From: an uncultured Pelagibacteraceae bacterium | GTDB lineage: Bacteria; Pseudomonadota; Alphaproteobacteria; Pelagibacterales; AG-422-B15 | Reading direction: 5' to 3' | NCBI GenBank assembly: GCA_902588785.1 | Contig: CACIQL010000001.1 | Span: 85,427-149,426, forward strand | Length of the DNA stretch: 64,000 nt | In this document: positions 39,820-49,954 of the stretch, piece after piece | Numbering within the stretch: the stretch's first letter is position 1 | How the letters are laid out: every line of letters starts with the position of its first letter | Notes under the pieces: model-generated | What the model was told of the DNA's origin: nothing | Databases searched by the model: none | Seen by the model: only the letters and a program-made list of their open reading frames with translations | Translations under genes and position numbers: made by a program

Positions 39820-40248
39820 TTATTTTTCCTCTTCATCTATATCAATGAATTCACCTTCAATGGTATTTTCATTTTGATTACCTCGCTTACCATATCTAGA
39901 AAGAATGTAACTTGCTACTAACTTTATGAAAATTATTCTAGAGAATGGTATCAATCCTAGAAAACCTAAAGCATCAGTAAAAAATCCAGGTGTAATTAAA
40001 AGAATACCACAGATAAGAATGACCAGCCCTTCAAACATCGTCTGAACAGGCGTTTCTAAATTTTGCAACTGAGATGTTAACTTTTGAAATGTACTTATTC
40101 CTTGTTGACGGACAAAAAATACACCTACAATTGCAGTGACGAATATAAGCATTATGGTGTAGAACGATCCAATAATGCTCCCAATTTCAATAAATAAACT
40201 AATTTCAATGATTGGGATAAGTATAAAAAGTGCGATAAATAAAAACAA
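39820..40248 (-). CDS. fxsA: FxsA-family inner membrane protein
   Basis: 142 aa. N-terminal LIPIIEISLFIEIGSIIG and ITPGFFTDALGF motifs are typical of FxsA/UPF0716. Confidence 0.8.
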   Translation of the reverse strand: MFLFIALFILIPIIEISLFIEIGSIIGSFYTIMLIFVTAIVGVFFVRQQGISTFQKLTSQLQNLETPVQTMFEGLVILICGILLITPGFFTDALGFLGLIPFSRIIFIKLVASYILSRYGKRGNQNENTIEGEFIDIDEEEK

Positions 40249-40315
40249 AATATGTAAGTAATTGTTGAAAGTTTAGTTTAAATACCTAAATAAGGACTCT
40301 ATAATATTTAACTAT

Positions 40316-40930
40316 ATGAGTGAAGCATTTCAATATATTGACATTCTAATTCTAGCAATAATAGCAGGAATAGTTCTTTTGCGACTTAGAAGTGTGCTTG
40401 GAAGACGAACCGGCCATGAGAAAACAGATAAAACTTCATATAACTATGAAACTCCTCAACAATCTTCAGAAGAAAAAATTGTAACTATCGAACCAAAAGT
40501 TTCTTCAGGTTCAAGAGAAGACGGTTGGTTTGATAAAGACGATTTTTTACGCGGTGCATCAAATGCGTATGAAACGATCGTCACAAATTTTGAAAATGGC
40601 AATAAAGTTGCCCTTAAGCCTTTGCTATCCAATGAAGTATTAAATAGCTTTACGTCAGTAATAGATGAACGAAATAGTAAAAATGAAACTGTAGAATTTA
40701 ATTTTATAGGTATAGAAAAATCTGAAATTGTTCACAAAGACCTGAAAAAAAATCCTATGGAAGTAACAGTGAGATTTATTTCTGAAATGATTACATGTAT
40801 TAAAAATAGTAAAGATGAAGTAATTTCAGGCAGTCTTAATCAGGTTCAAAAAATTACAGATGTTTGGACTTTTGAAAAAATAAAAGATAAAAAAACTTCT
40901 AATTGGTTATTAACGGCGACCTCTGATTAA
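40316..40930 (+). CDS. Tim44-like domain protein
   Basis: 204 aa with an N-terminal TM helix, then a Tim44-like C-terminal domain ending ...DVWTFEK...NWLLTAT. Conserved neighbour of secB in alphaproteobacteria. Confidence 0.8.
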   Translation: MSEAFQYIDILILAIIAGIVLLRLRSVLGRRTGHEKTDKTSYNYETPQQSSEEKIVTIEPKVSSGSREDGWFDKDDFLRGASNAYETIVTNFENGNKVALKPLLSNEVLNSFTSVIDERNSKNETVEFNFIGIEKSEIVHKDLKKNPMEVTVRFISEMITCIKNSKDEVISGSLNQVQKITDVWTFEKIKDKKTSNWLLTATSD

Positions 40931-41355
40931 TCTATCGAATACTTATTTAACTTTTCTTTTATATTATCTGGAATTTTAGAAGACTTCATACTTTTTTGGT
41001 CTGTGTTAACCCAAGTAATAACTGCTTCATTTATAATTTCATCGGATCCAGATCTATAAATTTCTTGTGTAAAAGTCATACTCGAGTTTCCAAGTTTTTT
41101 TATCCCTGTGTAAACTTCGAGTTGATCATTTAATCTTGCAGGACTTTTAAAATTCATTTGCACACCAACTGTGTGAAAATCGTTATTAGTCTGTTTTACA
41201 TATTCATCCTGATCAAAACAGTCTTCGAGCATCTCACTGAGAGAAATATCAAAATATGTCAAATAATGTGAATTATAAACTATTCTCTGACAGTCAACTT
41301 CTGAGTAACGAACCTTTATCTTATTTAAGTGAGTCTTTTTTGTTTTTAGTGACAT
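40927..41355 (-). CDS. acyl-CoA thioesterase, 4HBT/YbgC-like hotdog fold
   Basis: 142 aa with VRYSEVDCQRIVYNSHYLTYFD, the typical 4HBT N-terminal catalytic region. Confidence 0.8.
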   Translation of the reverse strand: MSLKTKKTHLNKIKVRYSEVDCQRIVYNSHYLTYFDISLSEMLEDCFDQDEYVKQTNNDFHTVGVQMNFKSPARLNDQLEVYTGIKKLGNSSMTFTQEIYRSGSDEIINEAVITWVNTDQKSMKSSKIPDNIKEKLNKYSID

Positions 41356-41360
41356 AAAAA

Positions 41361-42665
41361 TTAGAGAATGAATTTAGAAAGATCAGTATCTTTAGATAAC
41401 TCATTCACATTATCTTTAACGTAGTTTGCATCAATTGTAATTTTTTCTCCACCTTTATCTGCCGCTGAGAAACTAATATCTTCTAATACTCTCTCAAGAA
41501 TGGTATGCAAACGGCGAGCACCAATATTTTCAATGGTTGAGTTTATATCCACAGCTAAGGTTGCTATGGCATCTATTCCGTCCTCGCTGAAACTGATTTT
41601 TACATTTTCAGTACCCATCAGTGCCTCATACTGTTTTATCAAGCTATATTTGGGTTCTGTTAGGATACGTTTAAAGTCCTCTTGTGAAAGTGCTTTGAGA
41701 TTGACCCTTATTGGCAATCTGCCCTGTAATTCTGGCAATAGATCAGACGGTTTTGACAGTTGAAAGGCTCCAGAAGCTATAAAAAGTATGTGATCAGTTT
41801 TGATTGTTCCGTGTTTAGTGTTAACTGTTGTTCCCTCAATTAAAGGTAATAAATCTCTTTGAACACCTTCCCTTGAAACATCACCACCAACCCTTTCACT
41901 TCTTGCGCAAACTTTGTCTATTTCATCAATAAATACAATGCCATTGTCTTCGACTGCTTTTTTTGCCTCATTCACAATTAGATCAGTATCAATTAACTTA
42001 TCTGACTCTTCATTAACCAAGATCTCATAAGAGTCGGCAACTGTTGTTTTCTTCTTTTTAGTTTTTGGTCCCATAGCTTTACCAAGCATGTCGTTTAGAT
42101 TTATCATTCCTATACCAGCACCTTGTCCACCTTGAAGGTCGATTGTTGGAAATGATCCTGTATCTTGAACAGCTATCTCAATTTCTTTTTCATTGAGTTC
42201 ATTATTTCTAAGTTTTTTTCTGAAACTTTCTCTTGTAGCAGGCCCTGAACCTGGTCCAACTAAAGCGTCTAACACACGTTCTTCAGCAGCTAATTGTGCT
42301 TTTGCCTTTACTTCTTTTCTCTTTATTTCACGAACCATTGTAATTGCTATTTCAATCAAATCACGAACAATAGATTCCACATCTCTACCTACATACCCCA
42401 CTTCTGTAAATTTTGTTGCTTCAACTTTTATAAACGGTGCTTGTGCTAATTTTGAGAGCCTTCTAGAAATTTCAGTTTTACCAATTCCAGTAGGACCAAT
42501 CATTAAAATATTTTTTGGAAGAACCTCTTCTCTCATATCCTCTGGTAATTGCTGACGTCGCCAACGATTCCTTAATGCTATAGCTACAGATTTTTTTGCA
42601 TCATCTTGGCCAATAATATATCTATCAAGTTCGGAAACAATTTCCCTTGGTGAAAATGCTTGCAT
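41361..42665 (-). CDS. hslU: ATP-dependent protease ATPase subunit HslU
   Basis: 434 aa with [15 protein letters not shown], Walker [11 protein letters not shown], and IVFIDEIDK. Confidence 0.97.
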   Translation of the reverse strand: MQAFSPREIVSELDRYIIGQDDAKKSVAIALRNRWRRQQLPEDMREEVLPKNILMIGPTGIGKTEISRRLSKLAQAPFIKVEATKFTEVGYVGRDVESIVRDLIEIAITMVREIKRKEVKAKAQLAAEERVLDALVGPGSGPATRESFRKKLRNNELNEKEIEIAVQDTGSFPTIDLQGGQGAGIGMINLNDMLGKAMGPKTKKKKTTVADSYEILVNEESDKLIDTDLIVNEAKKAVEDNGIVFIDEIDKVCARSERVGGDVSREGVQRDLLPLIEGTTVNTKHGTIKTDHILFIASGAFQLSKPSDLLPELQGRLPIRVNLKALSQEDFKRILTEPKYSLIKQYEALMGTENVKISFSEDGIDAIATLAVDINSTIENIGARRLHTILERVLEDISFSAADKGGEKITIDANYVKDNVNELSKDTDLSKFIL

Positions 42666-42668
42666 TAT

Positions 42669-43220
42669 CTAATACTCAATTTTTTCAAGTGTAACATTGC
42701 TGTTTGTGAAAACACAAATTTCGCCAGCAATTTTTAGTGACTTTAAAGCAATTTCTTCAGCGGTAAGATCAGTATCAATCAGCGCTTTAGCAGCGGATAG
42801 TGCATAATTACCACCGCTACCAATTCCAATAATTGATCCCTCAGGGTCTAACACATCACCCATTCCAGTAATTAGAAGTGATGTAGAAGAGTCTGCAACT
42901 GTAAGAAGTGCTTCTAGACGCCTTAAATATTTGTCGGTGCGCCAATCTTTCGCCAGTTCAACACATGCTCTAGTAAGCTGTTTAGGATGCTTTTCTAGTT
43001 TCGCTTCCAGTCTTTCAAATAAAGTAAATGCATCTGCAGTTGCTCCGGCAAAACCAGCGATAACACTACCATCACCTATTTTTCTAACCTTTTGGGCAGT
43101 GCCTTTTATAACTGTATTTCCAAGACTAACCTGTCCGTCTCCCGCGACAACAACCTGATTGCCTTTTCTTACACTAATAATAGTTGTGCCGTGCCATGAT
43201 TGACTTTGTTGATTTTCCAT
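42669..43220 (-). CDS. hslV: ATP-dependent protease subunit HslV
   Basis: 183 aa with [12 protein letters not shown] (catalytic Thr after processing) and GSGGNYA. Confidence 0.97.
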   Translation of the reverse strand: MENQQSQSWHGTTIISVRKGNQVVVAGDGQVSLGNTVIKGTAQKVRKIGDGSVIAGFAGATADAFTLFERLEAKLEKHPKQLTRACVELAKDWRTDKYLRRLEALLTVADSSTSLLITGMGDVLDPEGSIIGIGSGGNYALSAAKALIDTDLTAEEIALKSLKIAGEICVFTNSNVTLEKIEY

Positions 43221-43228
43221 GCTGAGTA

Positions 43229-43258
43229 TTATGTGGCTATTTATTTATTAACTTCAAG
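43229..43258 (-). promoter_or_regulatory. putative RpoH (sigma32)-type heat-shock promoter of hslVU
   Basis: The minus strand reads CTTGAA (43258-43253), N16, CCACATAA (43236-43229), close to CTTGAA-N(13-17)-CCCCATNT. hslVU is a classical sigma32 regulon member. Caveat: the -10 element ends only 8 nt from the ATG. Confidence 0.35.
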
Positions 43259-43334
43259 CCCTGACTTTTCATTAAAAATTACATTTTTATAGATAATTCA
43301 GTGATTTATTGATAGAAACCGACTGGATTTTGTT

Positions 43335-43934
43335 ATGAGAACAGCAGAGTATAAAAGAGACACTAAAGAAACCTCTATCTCTGTCGATATTAATATCGAT
43401 GGTACAGGTAAGTACGATATCAAGACTGGCATAGGATTTCTTGACCACATGCTTGAACAACTGTCAAAGCACTCACTGATTGATATGAAGATAAAAGCAA
43501 CAGGAGATACTCACATTGATTATCACCATACAACTGAGGATACAGGCATTGCAATTGGCGAATGTTTATCAAAAGCATTAGGTAATCGACAAGGTATTAC
43601 ACGTTATGCGCACTCATATATACCCATGGATGAAACATTATCAAGAGTTGCGCTTGATCTATCAAATAGACCTTATTTAATTTGGAAAGTAAAATTTAGT
43701 GCTCCAAAGATAACATCTTCTCAAGGTGACTTTGACACTGAATTATTTAAAGAATGGTTCCAAGCTTTTGCACAAGCAAGTGGAACAACATTGCATGTGG
43801 AAAATATTTATGGAGGAAACAACCATCATATAATTGAATCTTGCTTTAAGGCTTTGGCAAGAAGCTTAAGAAATGCTGTTGCGATTAACGAGCGAGAGGG
43901 AATGAACATTCCTTCTACCAAAGGACAACTTTAA
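43335..43934 (+). CDS. hisB: imidazoleglycerol-phosphate dehydratase
   Basis: 199 aa with [27 protein letters not shown], and NNHHIIES. Confidence 0.95.
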   Translation: MRTAEYKRDTKETSISVDINIDGTGKYDIKTGIGFLDHMLEQLSKHSLIDMKIKATGDTHIDYHHTTEDTGIAIGECLSKALGNRQGITRYAHSYIPMDETLSRVALDLSNRPYLIWKVKFSAPKITSSQGDFDTELFKEWFQAFAQASGTTLHVENIYGGNNHHIIESCFKALARSLRNAVAINEREGMNIPSTKGQL

Positions 43935-43936
43935 CA

Positions 43937-44395
43937 ATGATTAAAGAAGGCCAAAAACTACCTTCATTCAAACTAAAAAATCAGAAAGATGAAGAAGTTA
44001 AACTTCCTACAAAAGAGGACACGGTAATTTATTTTTATCCTAAAGCAGATACTCCAGGTTGTACAAAAGAGTCTTGTGATTTCCAAAGCAATCTTCGAAA
44101 GTTAAACAATCTAAAGGTCAGAGTTTATGGTATATCCAAAGACGCCGTTCAAAAACAATACAAATTTGCTGAAAAATACAAATTAAAATTTGATCTTCTT
44201 TCTGATGAGAGTGATAAAATCTGTGAGAAATTTGGTGTATGGATTAAAAAAAGTATGTATGGCAGAACTTACAAGGGCATAGATAGATCTACATTTCTTA
44301 TTATGAAAGGCAAGGTCGTAAAGGTTTGGAGAAAAGTGAAAGTAAATCATCATGTAGAGGAAGTTATTGATACTATTAAACAAATGAATAAATGA
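43937..44395 (+). CDS. bcp: thioredoxin-dependent peroxiredoxin Bcp
   Basis: 152 aa with FYPKADTPGCTKESC peroxidatic Cys motif. Confidence 0.9.
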   Translation: MIKEGQKLPSFKLKNQKDEEVKLPTKEDTVIYFYPKADTPGCTKESCDFQSNLRKLNNLKVRVYGISKDAVQKQYKFAEKYKLKFDLLSDESDKICEKFGVWIKKSMYGRTYKGIDRSTFLIMKGKVVKVWRKVKVNHHVEEVIDTIKQMNK

Positions 44396-45030
44396 AGTTA
44401 GTAATTATCAACTACGGCTCAGGAAATTTACATTCAGTACACAAGGCATTTGAAGCCGTAAACAATAACATAGAAAATTCATATGAAATTATTGTTACAA
44501 ACACACCATCTGTAATATTAAACGCCGATAAATTAGTTCTTCCTGGAGTAGGAGCTTTTCAAGACTGTAAGAACGCAATTCACAAAATAGACGGTCTATT
44601 TGAAAGTCTTGAACAAGTGGTAATTGGTGAAAAAAAAGCTTTTATGGGCATTTGTGTTGGAATGCAATTACTAGCAGAAAAATCTTTAGAATTTGGTGAA
44701 TGTGAGGGCTTTGGATGGATACCCGGAGAAGTAATCAAGATTGAGGCTCCAGCTGATTATAAAATTCCACACATGGGATGGAATGAAGTCACTTTTCGCA
44801 ATCATGAATTATTGAATAATATTTCACAAAATACTGATTTTTATTTTGTGCACAGTTACTACTTTAGAACTCAAAAAAATGAAAATTGTATTGCAACTAC
44901 AAAATATCCAAACCCAATTACTGCAGCAGTACTCAAGGACAATATTTTTGGTACACAATTTCATCCAGAAAAAAGTCATAATAACGGAAAACAAATAATT
45001 ACAAACTTTCTCGAGTGGGAACCTTTATGA
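44392..45030 (+). CDS. hisH: imidazole glycerol phosphate synthase, glutaminase subunit HisH
   Basis: 212 aa with LPGVGAF, GICVGMQLL (catalytic Cys), and FHPEKS. Confidence 0.95.
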   Translation: MKLVIINYGSGNLHSVHKAFEAVNNNIENSYEIIVTNTPSVILNADKLVLPGVGAFQDCKNAIHKIDGLFESLEQVVIGEKKAFMGICVGMQLLAEKSLEFGECEGFGWIPGEVIKIEAPADYKIPHMGWNEVTFRNHELLNNISQNTDFYFVHSYYFRTQKNENCIATTKYPNPITAAVLKDNIFGTQFHPEKSHNNGKQIITNFLEWEPL

Positions 45031-45749
45031 TTTTATTTCCAGCAATTGATTTAAAAGACGGTAAATGTGTAAGATTAATACAAGGTGATTTTAAACAATC
45101 TACAACATACAATGAGTCACCGTTAGAGCAGGCTAAAATTTTTGAAGACTCTGGAGTGGAATATTTGCATTGCGTTGACCTAGATGGTGCGCTTAAGGGT
45201 AATTTCGAAAATATTAAATCTATCGAGCAAATAAAAAAAAATACGAATCTTAAGATTCAGTTCGGTGGTGGAGTAAGGAATATAGAAAGAGTTGAAAGAC
45301 TCATTAATATTGGTGTTAATAATGTTATTATCGGAACATCAGCGTTTGAAAATAAAACTTTTTTTGAGAAATCAGTTTGCAATTATCCTAATAGAATTTC
45401 AATTGCTCTAGATATTAAACAAAACCAAATTGCTACAAAAGGTTGGAAAGAGGTAAAAGATTTACAAATTTCTGATTTTTTAAAAAGTATAGAAGATCTA
45501 AATATCAACTCAATAATAATTACTGACGTTATGAGGGATGGTATGAAGCAAGGAATTAACTTTGAAATGCTAGAGAATGTAATGGTTCAAACAAAAATTG
45601 ACTGTGTAGCATCAGGCGGGGTATCAAATATCTCGGACCTTATTAATCTAAAGAAAAAAAAATACTCACAAATAAAAGGTGTAATTGTAGGTAAAGCAAT
45701 TTATGACAAAAATATTGATATTGCTGAGGCATTAAAGATAGTTAGATAG
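45027..45749 (+). CDS. hisA: ProFAR isomerase HisA
   Basis: [17 protein letters not shown] is the canonical HisA start. The ATG at 45027 forms an ATGA overlap with the hisH stop. Confidence 0.93.
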   Translation: MILFPAIDLKDGKCVRLIQGDFKQSTTYNESPLEQAKIFEDSGVEYLHCVDLDGALKGNFENIKSIEQIKKNTNLKIQFGGGVRNIERVERLINIGVNNVIIGTSAFENKTFFEKSVCNYPNRISIALDIKQNQIATKGWKEVKDLQISDFLKSIEDLNINSIIITDVMRDGMKQGINFEMLENVMVQTKIDCVASGGVSNISDLINLKKKKYSQIKGVIVGKAIYDKNIDIAEALKIVR

Positions 45750-45750
45750 A

Positions 45751-46509
45751 ATGTTAAAAAAAAGAATCATACCATGTTTAGATGTTGATCGAGGGAGAGT
45801 TGTCAAAGGCGTCAATTTTGTTGATTTAATTGATGCTGGCGATCCTGTTGAACAAGCAAAAATCTATAATTCTGAGGGAGCTGATGAACTTTGCTTTCTA
45901 GATATAACTGCATCAAGCGAAGATAGAGAAACTCTCTTTGAAGTTGTAAAAAAAACTGCTGAAAATTGTTTCATACCACTCACTGTAGGTGGAGGTGTCA
46001 GGACCATTGATGATATATCTCGTTTGCTTCACCATGGAGCAGATAAAGTGTCTATAAATACAGCTGCAGTTGAAAACATTGACCTGGTTGCAAAAGCAGC
46101 AAAGAAATACGGTTCCTCAACAATAGTTATAGCAGTAGATGCAAAAAAAAATGGAGATAAAAGCTGGAATATATTTACCCATGGTGGAAGAAAGCCCACA
46201 GATATTGATGCATTAGAATATTGTATTGAAGTAGCTAATTTAGGAGCTGGTGAGATATTATTAACTTCAATGGACAGAGATGGAACAAAAATAGGTTTTG
46301 ACAATGAATTATTGAGTACTGTCTCATCCTCTATTGATATTCCTGTTATTGCTTCAGGTGGCGTTGGAAACCTTGAGCACTTTGTTGAAGGGATATTAAA
46401 GGGGGGAGCTAGCGCTCTATTAGCTGCTTCTATTTTTCATTTCGGAGAATATAGTATTAAAGATGTAAAAACATATCTTGCTGAACAAAATATAGCAGTT
46501 AGGATTTAA
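45751..46509 (+). CDS. hisF: imidazole glycerol phosphate synthase, cyclase subunit HisF
   Basis: 252 aa with [21 protein letters not shown], and SGGVGN. Confidence 0.97.
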   Translation: MLKKRIIPCLDVDRGRVVKGVNFVDLIDAGDPVEQAKIYNSEGADELCFLDITASSEDRETLFEVVKKTAENCFIPLTVGGGVRTIDDISRLLHHGADKVSINTAAVENIDLVAKAAKKYGSSTIVIAVDAKKNGDKSWNIFTHGGRKPTDIDALEYCIEVANLGAGEILLTSMDRDGTKIGFDNELLSTVSSSIDIPVIASGGVGNLEHFVEGILKGGASALLAASIFHFGEYSIKDVKTYLAEQNIAVRI

Positions 46510-46511
46510 TT

Positions 46512-46799
46512 ATGAAAGGTTATTGGGTAGTAAAAGTCAATGTGTTACATCCGGACAAGCAAAAATTGTATGCAGAGTATGCAACTGAGGCGGTCAAAAA
46601 ATACAATGGTAAATTTTTAGTACGGGGTGGCGAACAAACAACTATGGAAGGTAAAGAGTTTAAAAGAAACGTCATAGTTGAGTATGAGACAATTGAAATA
46701 GCTAAACAAGCTTATAACTCAGAAGAATATCAAAATGCAAAAAAAATCTTGGGAGACGAAAAGGATAGAATTTTTGCAATTGTTGAGGGAGTGGAATGA
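46512..46799 (+). CDS. DUF1330 domain protein
   Basis: 95 aa. Y.V..V.V..P..Y.EYA......KY.GKFLVRGGE...EG.......V..E... A..Y.S.EYQ matches the DUF1330 pattern. Confidence 0.8.
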   Translation: MKGYWVVKVNVLHPDKQKLYAEYATEAVKKYNGKFLVRGGEQTTMEGKEFKRNVIVEYETIEIAKQAYNSEEYQNAKKILGDEKDRIFAIVEGVE

Positions 46800-47107
46800 G
46801 CAGTAAAAAAATTGATGTATTAGCTCGGCTCTTTGATACAATTATTTCACATGCTAATGAAGACCCTTCAAAATCTTATACGGCAAAACTTATATCAGAA
46901 GGTAAAAGTAAATGTATAGAAAAGTTAAAAGAGGAATCACTTGAAACTGTGGAGGCCGCTGAAGAAGATAATGTAGAGCAAATAATTTATGAATCGGCAG
47001 ATCTTATTTATCATTTGTTAGTCATGTTGAAAAAATTTGATATTACTCCTGATCAAGTCTATGAAGAATTAGAAAAAAGAGAGGGTAAAACAGGACTTAG
47101 AGATTAA
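46796..47107 (+). CDS. hisE: phosphoribosyl-ATP pyrophosphatase HisE
   Basis: 103 aa with SYTAKL, KI.EE..E, and ESADLIYHLLVML motifs. Confidence 0.85.
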   Translation: MSSKKIDVLARLFDTIISHANEDPSKSYTAKLISEGKSKCIEKLKEESLETVEAAEEDNVEQIIYESADLIYHLLVMLKKFDITPDQVYEELEKREGKTGLRD

Positions 47108-47496
47108 TGTCGTATGATAAGGAAAATATTTTTGCTAAGATTTTAAGAGGTGAAATCCCTTGTGATAAAATTTATGAGGATGAATATGTCCTGTCATTCA
47201 AAGATATTCGTCCGCAAGCACCTTCACATGCCTTAGTAATTCCAAAAGGGGAATACATAGACATAAATGACTTTAGTGCAAATGCTTCGGACGAAGAAAT
47301 AGTTGGTTTCAACCGGGCTATTTCAAATGTAGCAGATATGTTGGGTATAAGTGAAAAATCTGGAGGAGGAGGATACAGGCTCATCGCAAATGCCGGTAAG
47401 GATGCGCATCAAGAAGTACCTCACTTACACTTTCATTTACTCGCGGGAAGACCATTGGGACCAATGGTATTTCCTGAAAAACCTGAATACGAATAA
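47107..47496 (+). CDS. HIT-family (HinT-like) nucleotide hydrolase
   Basis: 129 aa with IFAKILRGEIP and histidine triad HLHFHLL. Confidence 0.9.
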   Translation: MSYDKENIFAKILRGEIPCDKIYEDEYVLSFKDIRPQAPSHALVIPKGEYIDINDFSANASDEEIVGFNRAISNVADMLGISEKSGGGGYRLIANAGKDAHQEVPHLHFHLLAGRPLGPMVFPEKPEYE

Positions 47497-47501
47497 TCAA
47501 T

Positions 47502-47963
47502 ATGACTGAAAAAATCTCAGATGCTGAACTCATCAAGCTGTTTAATAAGAATAAATTATTCGATCTTTTTAATATGACTGTTCTTGAAGTTGATACTAGA
47601 GCTGGCAATATCAAAGTTGAGTTTGATATTGATAAAAAATATTGCAATCCTGCAGGTGACGTCCAAGGAGGTATTGTTAGTGGAATGGTAGATGATGCAA
47701 CTGCATTAGCTTTTATATTTCAAAATCATTTCAAAAAAAGACCACCAACAATAGAATTGAAAACAAATTTTTTGTATCCAACTAAACCGGGGAAAGTTAT
47801 TGGATATGGGCGAGTGGTGAAATCTGGAAAAAATATTGTATTCTTGGAGGGTAGATTGGAGCAAAACAATAGGACTGTTGTTACCTCAACATCAACTTGT
47901 GTAAGTGTTGATATGCCTCAGGTGAATTTTAAAAAAATGATTGGAGATAATAATGAAAAATAA
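47502..47963 (+). CDS. PaaI-family hotdog-fold thioesterase
   Basis: 153 aa. NPAGDVQGGIVSGMVDDA resembles the PaaI/4HBT class II motif. Confidence 0.7.
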   Translation: MTEKISDAELIKLFNKNKLFDLFNMTVLEVDTRAGNIKVEFDIDKKYCNPAGDVQGGIVSGMVDDATALAFIFQNHFKKRPPTIELKTNFLYPTKPGKVIGYGRVVKSGKNIVFLEGRLEQNNRTVVTSTSTCVSVDMPQVNFKKMIGDNNEK

Positions 47964-48960
47964 ACAATGGATTTTAAAAAAATTTCCAGTTGGTGAAATT
48001 AGTGAAGGGGACTTAGTTTTGGAGGAAAATGAAGTTCCCAGTCTTTTAGATAGTCAAATGTTAATAAGAAACATATATCTCTCATTAGATCCTGCAAACC
48101 GCGGGTGGATGAGTGGACAAAAATCTTATGTTGATGCGATGCAAACTGGAGACACCATGAGAGGTGGTACAATAGGCATAATCGAAGAGAGTAAAAATGA
48201 AAAATTTAAAAAAGGTGAAATTGTGAACTGTATGGGCGGATGGCAGCAATACTGTGTAAGTGATGGGAAAGGAGTAAGGCAAATTCCTCAAGGAACTGGT
48301 TTTCCTCTTGATTGTTACATGAGTATTTTAGGAATGACTGGCCTTACAGCCTACTTTGGTTTGCTGGATATTACTGATCCACAACCTGGCGAAACCTTAG
48401 TTGTTTCTGCAGCAGCCGGCGCCGTCGGATCAATTGTATGTCAAATAGGAAAAATTAAGGGTTGTAGAGTAGTAGGGATTGCAGGCTCAGATACAAAATG
48501 TAAATGGCTTGTAGATGAATTGGGGATTGATTCTGCTATTAATTATAAGTCTGAAAATCTTAGACAAAAATTAAAAGAAACTTGTCCTGATGGTATTGAC
48601 ATATATTTTGAAAATGTAGGTGGTAGCATTACTGAGGCAGTCTTAACTCGTATGAATATTAGCGGTCGAATAAGCCTTTGTGGTCTGATTTCAGGATACA
48701 ATGCCGAGTCAGTTGTACCAGGTCCAGCATGGGGAAATTTGCTTATAAAAAGAATAAAACTAAAAGGCTTTATTGTTTTTGACTATTTCAAAAGATATAT
48801 GGAGGCATATCAAGATATCACTCAATGGCTTAAAGACGATAAAATCAAATACAAAAATCATATCATTCCAGGTATCGAAAATGCAGGTAGTGCAATAAAA
48901 AAATTATTTTCTGGTGAAAATGAGGGCAAATTAATAATTAAAATATCTGAACCAAATTAA
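47953..48960 (+). CDS. NADP-dependent oxidoreductase, MDR superfamily (YncB / alkenal reductase-like)
   Basis: SAAAGAVGSIVCQIGK cofactor motif and approx 335 aa length. The ATG at 47953 is preferred over the TTG at 47941. Confidence 0.85.
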   Translation: MKNKQWILKKFPVGEISEGDLVLEENEVPSLLDSQMLIRNIYLSLDPANRGWMSGQKSYVDAMQTGDTMRGGTIGIIEESKNEKFKKGEIVNCMGGWQQYCVSDGKGVRQIPQGTGFPLDCYMSILGMTGLTAYFGLLDITDPQPGETLVVSAAAGAVGSIVCQIGKIKGCRVVGIAGSDTKCKWLVDELGIDSAINYKSENLRQKLKETCPDGIDIYFENVGGSITEAVLTRMNISGRISLCGLISGYNAESVVPGPAWGNLLIKRIKLKGFIVFDYFKRYMEAYQDITQWLKDDKIKYKNHIIPGIENAGSAIKKLFSGENEGKLIIKISEPN

Positions 48961-48970
48961 TAATTTCATC

Positions 48971-49954
48971 ATGAAAAAAGTGTTGATCTTTAGTAATGGA
49001 GAGCAAATAGGTGATGGAATATTAAAGCTTCAAATTGTAAATCAATTAAAAAACAGGTTTCCTGACTTTGAAATACATTGGATGACAGATAAGATATATA
49101 CTGAATACAATGCAAGGTTAAAAAAATATACGTCTGATTATATTGATAAAGTTTGGGAAAAAGCAAATCTTAACCCTTTCTTCTGGAAAAAAATTTCGCC
49201 AACGTTCGACTTAGAGTCTGAGAATTTTGATATAATTATTGATACTCAGAAGACCGTGATTAGAACAATGGCACTTCGTAGAATTAAAAATAAAAAATTT
49301 ATATCATCCTCAGCTAACTGGTTTTTTTCTGATATCAGACCCAATAATATTTCTAAAAAAAGAAAATTTTATATTCAAAGCATAATTGAAATGCTTGATT
49401 TAGTCTCTTCATTTAAAGACAGTAAAAAAAGCCACATCACAATCCCAAAAGAAATTGTTAATGAATTAAAAAAAATATTTTCAGCAAACAAAAGATATTT
49501 AGGAATATCCCCTGGTTCTAATACCCCAAAAAGAATTTGGTCATTTAAAAACTATATTAATGTAGCAAAATATTTTGAAGATAAAGGGTTTAATATTGTT
49601 TATTTTTTAGGTCCACAGGAAACGCACATGAAAAAAGAAATAATTAAACAAATAAAAAACCCAATATTTCCAGAAGAAACTTTGAAAAATTATCTTGGAT
49701 TAGAAGTAGTTATGGGTACAACAAAATTTCTTGATATAGCAATTACAAATGATAGTGGAACAGGTCAAATGCTATCAACAAATTTATGTCCACTTTTAAA
49801 AATTTGTGGTCCGACAAGTGCTGTTAAGTTTTTAAACGACCAATTTGAAAATATTCATTTTATATCATCGGTAGATTTCGGAGGCAGTAATGTTAACTTG
49901 ATATCGCCGAACGATGTTATTAATAAAGTGAATAAAATTTTACAATCATCCTGA
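48971..49954 (+). CDS. glycosyltransferase family 9 (heptosyltransferase-like)
   Basis: 327 aa with N-terminal ILIFSNGEQIGDGIL..., central GISPGSNTPKRIW, and C-terminal ITNDSGTGQM ... ICGPTS, as in GT9 enzymes. Confidence 0.7.
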   Translation: MKKVLIFSNGEQIGDGILKLQIVNQLKNRFPDFEIHWMTDKIYTEYNARLKKYTSDYIDKVWEKANLNPFFWKKISPTFDLESENFDIIIDTQKTVIRTMALRRIKNKKFISSSANWFFSDIRPNNISKKRKFYIQSIIEMLDLVSSFKDSKKSHITIPKEIVNELKKIFSANKRYLGISPGSNTPKRIWSFKNYINVAKYFEDKGFNIVYFLGPQETHMKKEIIKQIKNPIFPEETLKNYLGLEVVMGTTKFLDIAITNDSGTGQMLSTNLCPLLKICGPTSAVKFLNDQFENIHFISSVDFGGSNVNLISPNDVINKVNKILQSS

